64,000 nucleotides of DNA from Oscillospiraceae bacterium (lineage in GTDB: Bacteria; Bacillota; Clostridia; Oscillospirales; CAG-272). Shown one piece after another: positions 57,209 to 64,000 of the stretch. Positions within the stretch are counted from its first letter, which is position 1. Every line of letters starts with the position of its first letter. The stretch is from NCBI GenBank assembly GCA_015064735.1, contig SVRP01000003.1, forward strand, positions 14,248 through 78,247, given 5' to 3'. A program made the position numbers and the translations under genes. The notes beneath the pieces are model-generated. The model had not been told where the DNA came from. It searched no databases and worked only from the letters and a program-made list of their open reading frames with translations.

Positions 57209-58471
57209 TTACCACTCGTCCGCCGCCGCTGTGTTTTTGGATCCAACGTTATCCGTGCGGCGCTTTGAGAATTTTTTGAACATTTTTCTGTACGGCAGTG
57301 CCACGATAAGTCCGAGCCCAACAATACCCATCCATACGAGAATAAGATTGCTCCAGCCTATACCTGTTACCGCATTGGCGAATACGAGGTTTGCGAATGC
57401 CGCCGCCATATAGCTGAGAAAATCAAGGAATCCGGTTACACTTGACACCATTCCCGTGTCATAAAGGCTCGGGCAATATCTGCTCCAGAGCATGGTTGCC
57501 GCCGCATTTGATGACATTATGGCAAGTACCATAAAAATCACGTTTATAACGGGCTGTCTTACGAGATACACACCAAGGAACATAAGTGTGGAAATCGAAA
57601 ACATTATCAGTATTGTGAGATTCATATTACGCTTGAGTCTTTCGTACACGAAAACCGAAATAAACGCTGTGGTAGCTATAAACAGAGTTGCTACCGTATA
57701 TATTCCCGCAGCTTTTTCGGGAGCAAAGTTGAGATACTGAGCTATATATGTAGGAAGCCAGAAAATCACCGAGGTCCTTATTATACCGGTTAATATCGAT
57801 ATAAGAGAAAACTTTATAATCCTGCGACGGAAAAGCTCCTTAAAGCTTCCTCCCTTTTGCTTTTCTCTTTTATACTGTCCGTATTTTATTATACCCTTGC
57901 GCTCCATAAGCAGGAAACAGCAGAAGGCTACAACCGCCATTGCTATAAGCGCGATACTTCCCGCAATAAACACACTCTTCCACGTAAGAAACGATGCAAG
58001 TATTCCTGCCGCGGGCGAACCTATAAATGAGGCGAAGGTATATCCGAGACTGCACCGTGTTGCATGTATGGGGTCGGTGTTTTCACTTACAAGCTTTGTC
58101 ATAGGTCCGTATATCATAGCAAGGAAAAATCCCGAGGATGCATAAATCGCTATCGCTACGGTCTGGTCTTCGGCAAATATGGGAAATAGTATGTTTGCTA
58201 TTCCCGCAAAGAAAAGCCCCATACATATCATGTATCTTGCCTTTATCTTATCTCCTATCGCACCGTTTATAAGCTGACCTATTGCGTAGGTTATAAAATA
58301 CGATGATGATATAGCGCCGATATTGGATTCCAAAAATCCGTTTTCTATCATCTGCGGAGTTACAGCACCGAGGATATTTCTCGCTATGTAAACGGCAAGG
58401 TACGAAACCGAACAAAGTGCGCCTATCATTACCGCGTGCTTTGCTCTTGAGCTTAGCTTCATCTTTTTCAT
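57209..58471 (-). CDS. MFS transporter
   Basis: Trimmed to the ATG at 58471 (AGGAGA RBS). About 12 TM segments with an MFS-type loop pattern (GAIGDKIKAR). Confidence 0.8.
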   Translation of the reverse strand: MKKMKLSSRAKHAVMIGALCSVSYLAVYIARNILGAVTPQMIENGFLESNIGAISSSYFITYAIGQLINGAIGDKIKARYMICMGLFFAGIANILFPIFAEDQTVAIAIYASSGFFLAMIYGPMTKLVSENTDPIHATRCSLGYTFASFIGSPAAGILASFLTWKSVFIAGSIALIAMAVVAFCCFLLMERKGIIKYGQYKREKQKGGSFKELFRRRIIKFSLISILTGIIRTSVIFWLPTYIAQYLNFAPEKAAGIYTVATLFIATTAFISVFVYERLKRNMNLTILIMFSISTLMFLGVYLVRQPVINVIFMVLAIMSSNAAATMLWSRYCPSLYDTGMVSSVTGFLDFLSYMAAAFANLVFANAVTGIGWSNLILVWMGIVGLGLIVALPYRKMFKKFSKRRTDNVGSKNTAAADEW

Positions 58472-58636
58472 TATTTCTCCTATTACAGTAGTTATATCCA
58501 AGTATCAACAAATAGGAATTATATCACTGTTTTTGCTTTTTGTCAATACAAAAAGATTTTTTATTATCATCACGCACAAATATTATTATGCTTTTTTGTG
58601 GGAAGTTACAAAAATAAAAATATACATGTAAATTCG

Positions 58637-58665
58637 TTGCCACAAAATTGTTTTTGTGGTAAAAT
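58637..58665 (+). promoter_or_regulatory. Promoter of the secreted MBL-domain protein gene
   Basis: TTGCCA (58637-42), a 17-nt spacer, then TAAAAT (58660-65). The spacer contains the perfect hairpin CCACAAAA TTGT TTTTGTGG. Confidence 0.5.
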
Positions 58666-58704
58666 TAGCATGTATTATTATGCTTTTTCTGAAAGGAGTA
58701 TTTT

Positions 58705-61700
58705 ATGAAAAAGTTTGTTTGCGCATTTCTTATGGCGCTATTTCTGATAAACTCGATTTCCCTTTTTGGATTCTCGGCTTTGGCGGCAAATTCCGACGAT
58801 GCCATTACTGTCGTTTATATGAAGGACGGCAAAGAAACTGTATTGGGAAATTACAGCAAATTGAGCCTTGCTGCCGAGGCTGTGGGGTCTCTTTACGAGG
58901 GGCTTCTTAACGGAAGTATTCCCGACAGTGCCGAAGATGCAGACACCAATAACTCCAACGAGCTTTACGTTGCTGCAGGCTCTCCCGTTATCAAAATTAA
59001 CTGTGATATCGTTGGAGACTCTGTTTGCCCCGATTGGGTAATCGACGGCTACGATCAGAACAACGTTCCCACAATCGTGATTGACGGAGCAAAAAGCGAA
59101 ACGGAGAATTACACAGTAACCTGCGACGATATTACCCTTTTTGACAGACTTGCGTTTTACAATCTTACGGTGAGAAATACCGATATGATATTCAACCGAA
59201 CGAATACAAGCAAGGCAAAATTGGACAACAACATCCGTTGGAACGGAAATATCGACACAAACGTAACAAGCAATCCTAGAATTCCCGGTGAATCCTTCAC
59301 GGTTTTTGAAAACTGTCTTATCGATCAGAACAGCTCAATAGCAAAAGCCTCGGGAGAAGGCGGTCTGTTCAAAATGAACGGATTCAAGAAGCCGGTTAGC
59401 GGAGTTGACCAAGTTAAAGACGATATCTACAATCTTACTTTAAAAGATTGTTCCGTATTTTCCGATTCGGCTGTCGGACTGCAGGTCCACTGGGGTGCCG
59501 ATGCAAATATCTGCCTTGAAAACACGTCATGGACTATGGACGGCGTTGCAGGAAACGGCAACAACAACGACTGTATCCTCAAATGCTACGAGGCGGGCAA
59601 TGTTTATATGAAGCTCGACGGAAGGTCAAAGCTCATCGGAGCACGTTCTGAAGGATGCCAAACTATCGCCCTTTTCAGAAGTCTTCCGTCTATGGCTGGC
59701 TCCGTCAAGTATGAGCTTGACGAGGATGCTGAGCTTTACATGAACAACACGGCAACAAACTCTCTTAAGGAACAGCATTTTATTGCTACGGGAGCAAAAA
59801 CCGTTATCGTTGACCGTGGCGCACTGTTCAGATTAAGTGAATCATCGGTTAAATCATGCGCGGCAACTCTCCCAAAAAATGAAGCTTATACGACATTTAT
59901 AGGTGTTGACGCTGTTTATGCCGCAGGCAATATTGTGGCAAAGGCGGGAAATTACATCAGTCCTAACTGCATCGCAGACGCGATTGGAATGCTTGACGGA
60001 GCTTCGGTGCGCTCCGAACCCGACGAATACGGATTAAGATTTACCGCTTTCATATCCAAGCAGTTCATTGAAACGCTTCCCGATGATACCGAGTTCGGTA
60101 TGGTAATCTTCCCTGCGTCTTCCTCTTCCGCAGACCCCGCAAACGATCCCAAGGCTACTGTGATAAAGGCATCAAAATTTTTAGATGGCGACGATTCGGA
60201 TAGCCTTATCTTCTACGGTGCTAAGTTTTTCGAAGATATTTCAGACGTTAAGAGTGTATGTAACGCAGCATATACAGCCAAAGCATATTACACAGTCAAA
60301 ACGTCCTACGGCGATGTTTTGAAAGTGTATTCCGATGAGAAAAATACAAGCACCAGAAGCATGTACTCTTCTGTAAGCAATCTTTGCAAAAAAGACCCTT
60401 CCTTCAAGGATCACCCCGCAGTTAAGAATATAATAAGTGAAGCAGAAGCTCTCGGCGCTCACGAAATAATCACCGGAATATATCCCGAAGCAACCATTCT
60501 TAAGAGCAGTCACGGATGTAATGAAATAATCCTTTCCAACGCAGACTATTCTTATGTATACGAAATTCTTTCCGCTCACGGATTTGAAGCGGTTAACATA
60601 AGCCCCATTGAAGGCGCAAAGATGGACACCTCCGTTCTACGAAAGAAATCCGATCTTGTTACCATCTATTGGTACAAGGAAACCAAGGATATGAGAATAA
60701 TGTGGGAAAACGTAAGCAACACGGACCTTGACCTTCTTGTACCCAACGACAAAACGGGCACGGGTAGCATACAAAACGTTTCGGTCGGTATAGAAAGAGT
60801 TACCGAGAGAGATAATCCTCTCAACGGTATCTGCAACATTACGAAGCTGTCAGACGGAACCGCAATTATTCTTGACGGCGGTATGAACAACGTGCCTTGC
60901 GCTAAAAACATTTATGACTCACTTGGCAAGCTCGGTATAGCAAAGAATGAGAAGGGTCAGTACATTATACGCGCATGGATATTCTCTCACTACCACGGAG
61001 ACCACACGGGAACGATACAGGAATTTTCAAGTCTTTACGGAAATACGGTTGAGGTAATGTACATTATGCACGCCTTTGCGGGTGAATCCAAGGCAGCAGG
61101 AAACGGTGGCTCGCTTGCTTCCAATATTGCCTCGTTCTATCCCAACGCTCAGTATATCAATCCCCATGGCGGAATCAAGTACTACTTTGGTAACGTTACC
61201 ATCTCCATGCTCTACACTCCCGATATGCTTTACTCCTATTCGGGTCCCCTCTCTTACGATAACGACACAAGTATTATTTACAAGCTTGAAGGTGGCGAAG
61301 CTTCTGCCCTCTTCTACGGAGACTCGGGCGAAGAAGCATCAAAGATCATGTGGAATTCGTACGACAGCTCGGCATTCAAATCCGATATTCTCCAGATAAC
61401 CCATCACGGTCTTTATACAGAAGCCAACAACAGACACGGATGGACCTATTTGAAAAAGGTATATGATGCTACCGAAGCTACGTATGCAATTCTTCCCATG
61501 CACTCCAAGTACGGTCCCGATGCGCGAAACGGAAGATTTACTGTTATGATACAGTGGTGTAATGCCGGATACCAGATATCCTACGTCATGAACGAAAAGG
61601 ACAATCACGGCAAGAATTCTATATCTCAGGACTATTATAATCAGTTTGTTGAATCGGTAAAGAACGGCACAAACACCTACGATACCCTTTACGGATACGA

Positions 61701-61857
61701 CGGAATAAATAAAATAGTAAGCGAAAACGGACTCATAACCTACACAGCCGGAAACAACTACACGCCTATGGTGACTATATTTGAGTTAGGCGATGGAAAA
61801 GTTACCCCAACACTTAACGAAGAGCTTTATATCTGGCTTGGAGTTAATAACAGTTAG
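58705..61857 (+). CDS. Large secreted protein with a C-terminal metallo-beta-lactamase-fold (ComEC-like) domain
   Basis: The signal peptide is MKKFVCAFLMALFLINSISLFGFSALA|AN. The roughly 700-aa N-terminal region is unassigned. The MBL motifs are FSHYHGDHTG (HxHxDH) and LQITHHGLY. Confidence 0.6.
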   Translation: MKKFVCAFLMALFLINSISLFGFSALAANSDDAITVVYMKDGKETVLGNYSKLSLAAEAVGSLYEGLLNGSIPDSAEDADTNNSNELYVAAGSPVIKINCDIVGDSVCPDWVIDGYDQNNVPTIVIDGAKSETENYTVTCDDITLFDRLAFYNLTVRNTDMIFNRTNTSKAKLDNNIRWNGNIDTNVTSNPRIPGESFTVFENCLIDQNSSIAKASGEGGLFKMNGFKKPVSGVDQVKDDIYNLTLKDCSVFSDSAVGLQVHWGADANICLENTSWTMDGVAGNGNNNDCILKCYEAGNVYMKLDGRSKLIGARSEGCQTIALFRSLPSMAGSVKYELDEDAELYMNNTATNSLKEQHFIATGAKTVIVDRGALFRLSESSVKSCAATLPKNEAYTTFIGVDAVYAAGNIVAKAGNYISPNCIADAIGMLDGASVRSEPDEYGLRFTAFISKQFIETLPDDTEFGMVIFPASSSSADPANDPKATVIKASKFLDGDDSDSLIFYGAKFFEDISDVKSVCNAAYTAKAYYTVKTSYGDVLKVYSDEKNTSTRSMYSSVSNLCKKDPSFKDHPAVKNIISEAEALGAHEIITGIYPEATILKSSHGCNEIILSNADYSYVYEILSAHGFEAVNISPIEGAKMDTSVLRKKSDLVTIYWYKETKDMRIMWENVSNTDLDLLVPNDKTGTGSIQNVSVGIERVTERDNPLNGICNITKLSDGTAIILDGGMNNVPCAKNIYDSLGKLGIAKNEKGQYIIRAWIFSHYHGDHTGTIQEFSSLYGNTVEVMYIMHAFAGESKAAGNGGSLASNIASFYPNAQYINPHGGIKYYFGNVTISMLYTPDMLYSYSGPLSYDNDTSIIYKLEGGEASALFYGDSGEEASKIMWNSYDSSAFKSDILQITHHGLYTEANNRHGWTYLKKVYDATEATYAILPMHSKYGPDARNGRFTVMIQWCNAGYQISYVMNEKDNHGKNSISQDYYNQFVESVKNGTNTYDTLYGYDGINKIVSENGLITYTAGNNYTPMVTIFELGDGKVTPTLNEELYIWLGVNNS

Positions 61858-61880
61858 TAACGTAAAAAGAGGTAAATATC

Positions 61881-63488
61881 ATGAAAAGATTTGGCGTAAT
61901 GCTTGATATGTCGCGAAACGCGGTAATGAAACCTGACGAAGTAAAAAATTTTGCAAAAATAATTAAAAGCTTTGGCTACAATATGCTACAGCTTTATACC
62001 GAGGACACGTACGAGGTTGAGGGTGAGCCTTATTTCGGTCATCTGCGCGGAAGATACACCGAGCAGGAGCTTACGGATATAGTTGATTACTGTGAGTCCA
62101 TCGGCGTTGAGGTAATTCCCTGCATACAGACTCTTGCCCATCTCAATCAGATTTTCGCATGGCCCGTTTACAAGAATTATAATGATACTGCAGACATACT
62201 TCTCGCTGATGATGAAAACACCTACAAGCTCATTGAGAATATGTTCATCTCCCTGCGCCGATCCTTCAAGAGCGAATACATTCACATAGGCATGGACGAG
62301 GCTCACATGCTCGGTCTTGGAAAATATCTCGACAAACACGGCTACAAGAACAGATTTGAAATTCTCAGCAAGCACCTTGAAAAGGTAATTGAAATATCCA
62401 AAAAATACGGTTTTAAGCCAATTATGTGGTCGGATATGTTCTTCCGTCTTGGCAACGGGGGCAAGTACGCGTCTAAAACTCCTACGATATCGCAAGAAGT
62501 TGTAGATTTAACTCCCACTGAGGTCGGTCTTGTTTACTGGGATTATTACTCTTATGACAAAGAGCTTTACGATGCAATGTTTGCGGCTCACAAAAAATTC
62601 AACAACGAGATATGGTTTGCGGGTGGCGCATGGACATGGGAAGGATTTGCTCCCGGAAATAAAAAGACGCTTGACACCATGATACCCGCAATGCGCTCTG
62701 CCAAAGAACAAGGCATTGAAAACATTTTCATGACCATGTGGGGAGACAACGGCAAGGAATGCTCCTTCTATTCGGTCCTTCCCTCGCTTTTCGCGATCAA
62801 GAAGATATACGACGGTGAAAGCGACATGGACAAAATAAAGGCTGAGTTCAATAGGACTACAGGTGAGGATTTTGATGCTATGTTTGCTCTTGACATACCG
62901 AATTTTGTAGGCGGTAATACCGACGGACACAAGCCTGTCGCAAAAACCATGCTCTACAACGATCCCTTCCTCGGAGTTTTCGATTCCGGGGTAAGAGAGG
63001 GCGCTTCAAAGGAATACGAAAGCCACGCTCGGTTACTTTCAAAATACGCCCTTGAAAGTAAAAATTACGGATATATTTTTGAAGTCAACGCAGAGCTTTG
63101 CAACGTGCTTTCTCTCAAGTACGATTTCGGTACCAGAATCAGAGCCGCTTACAAGGAAAACGATAATGCCGCTCTTTCCTCCCTTGCTCACGAATGTCTT
63201 GAAATTATTTTGAGACTTGAATCGCTCCACGAGAAATTCTCCTATCTGTGGCACAAGGAAAACAAGCCCCACGGATTTGAGGTTCAGGATCAGCGTCTCG
63301 GCGGTCTTATTATGAGAATGACCTCCTGCCACAAGCGTCTTCTCGCTTATCTTGACGGAAGCATTGACTCACTTCCCGAGCTTGAGGAAGAAACACTTGA
63401 CTGGTTTGGCGGTGAGAATAATTTCGACACCGACAATTATCCTGCTAAAAACTCATGGAGAACGATTGTTTCGCCAAGTGTAATTTGA
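61881..63488 (+). CDS. GH20-like beta-N-acetylhexosaminidase family protein (cytoplasmic)
   Basis: MKRFGVMLDMSRNAVMKPD..., VIPCIQTLAHL and YIHIGMDEA (a D-E catalytic-pair pattern). No signal peptide. Motif-level call only. Confidence 0.6.
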   Translation: MKRFGVMLDMSRNAVMKPDEVKNFAKIIKSFGYNMLQLYTEDTYEVEGEPYFGHLRGRYTEQELTDIVDYCESIGVEVIPCIQTLAHLNQIFAWPVYKNYNDTADILLADDENTYKLIENMFISLRRSFKSEYIHIGMDEAHMLGLGKYLDKHGYKNRFEILSKHLEKVIEISKKYGFKPIMWSDMFFRLGNGGKYASKTPTISQEVVDLTPTEVGLVYWDYYSYDKELYDAMFAAHKKFNNEIWFAGGAWTWEGFAPGNKKTLDTMIPAMRSAKEQGIENIFMTMWGDNGKECSFYSVLPSLFAIKKIYDGESDMDKIKAEFNRTTGEDFDAMFALDIPNFVGGNTDGHKPVAKTMLYNDPFLGVFDSGVREGASKEYESHARLLSKYALESKNYGYIFEVNAELCNVLSLKYDFGTRIRAAYKENDNAALSSLAHECLEIILRLESLHEKFSYLWHKENKPHGFEVQDQRLGGLIMRMTSCHKRLLAYLDGSIDSLPELEEETLDWFGGENNFDTDNYPAKNSWRTIVSPSVI

Positions 63489-63498
63489 TTATAAAATA

Positions 63499-63532
63499 AA
63501 AAAGCTGTCTCAAAACCTGAGGCAGCTTTTTT
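63499..63532. terminator. Bidirectional terminator between the GH20 gene and the AIM24-family gene
   Basis: AAGCTGTCTCA / AAACC / TGAGGCAGCTT, with A-run and T-run flanks. Confidence 0.65.
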
Positions 63533-63536
63533 GTAG

Positions 63537-64000
63537 TCAATCATTACGTTCGTGAGGCATATACATATAAATGCGCTCTGCTGTACGGGATATGGGCATG
63601 GTTTGAAGAATTATCCTTCCGGGGCCGGTTACGACCGTATTGAAAAATCCTTCTCCTCCAAAAAACATATTCTTGGCTCCTTTTACCGATTCCACCGTCA
63701 TGGTACAGGTATCATCCATCATTACAAGATGTCCCGTATCTACTATTTTACGCTCTCCCGGAGCAAGATAATACTCGACTGCGCTTCCATCTATTTCAAG
63801 GAGTACGGTGCCGTTTCCGTAAAATCTCTGCATTATAAAGCCCTCTCCTCCAAACAGACCCGACGAAAATCTTTTTTGGAAGTGGACCTCTGTTTCCACG
63901 CTTCCGTCGAAGGCAAGGAGACATCTTTTCTGGGCTATTACACTTTTTCCTCCGTAAAGCTCCACAGCTCTGATCTCACCCGGAAAGCTTGACGCAAATG
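63537..64000 (-). CDS. AIM24 / TIGR00266 (DUF124) family protein; its N-terminus lies beyond the right edge
   Basis: ...LAFDGSVE...FGGEGFIMQRFYGNGTVLLEIDGS...GERKIVDTGHLVMMD...FFGGEGFFNTVVTGPGRIILQTMP. The frame stays open upstream to position 64000 (FASSFPGEIRAVELYGG). Confidence 0.75.
   Translation of the reverse strand, partial: FASSFPGEIRAVELYGGKSVIAQKRCLLAFDGSVETEVHFQKRFSSGLFGGEGFIMQRFYGNGTVLLEIDGSAVEYYLAPGERKIVDTGHLVMMDDTCTMTVESVKGAKNMFFGGEGFFNTVVTGPGRIILQTMPISRTAERIYMYMPHERND

Overview
This 64-kb chromosomal window looks like a mid-GC Bacillota genome, probably a Clostridia-type anaerobe. The basis is PolC, a Prp-processed L27, long-form HPF, the class III RNR genes NrdD/NrdG, and many near-consensus sigma-A promoters (TTGACA-17-TATAAT). 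All product calls come from reading motifs in the supplied or self-made translations; no database search was possible. I call about 55 protein genes, mostly on the minus strand and mostly housekeeping: hpf; the polC-ispG-rseP-dxr-cdsA-uppS-frr-pyrH block; a Na/Pi transporter; nrdG and the nrdD-trxB pair; an amino-acid ABC importer; uvrBA; an ABC exporter pair; glyQS; pmbA-tldD; tgt; mutL-mutS; a ylbF-like gene; miaB; rplU-prp-rpmA; an M16 peptidase pair; lgt; folD; nrdR; an MFS transporter; a 1050-aa secreted protein with a metallo-beta-lactamase domain; and a GH20-like hydrolase. There are three tRNAs (Lys-UUU, Val-GAC, Leu-CAA), each with its own promoter and terminator. I saw no rRNA, CRISPR array, transposase, prophage or recognisable defence gene. 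The most unusual feature is a 183-bp mirror-symmetric array at 31311-31493: seven different GC-rich hairpins joined by a conserved 10-nt linker (GATGATATAC or its complement). It lies between the tRNA-Val terminator and a small AT-rich islet that encodes a four-helix-bundle protein, and I cannot assign it to any named RNA or mobile-element class. Other points of interest: a DUF559 endonuclease cassette bracketed by identical 8-bp-stem hairpins inside a very AT-rich islet; an NrdD fused to a thioredoxin-like domain and followed by trxB, with tandem NrdR boxes and nrdR in the same window; an ABC permease with a roughly 250-aa extra N-terminal domain; and a truncated WYL regulator at the left edge.
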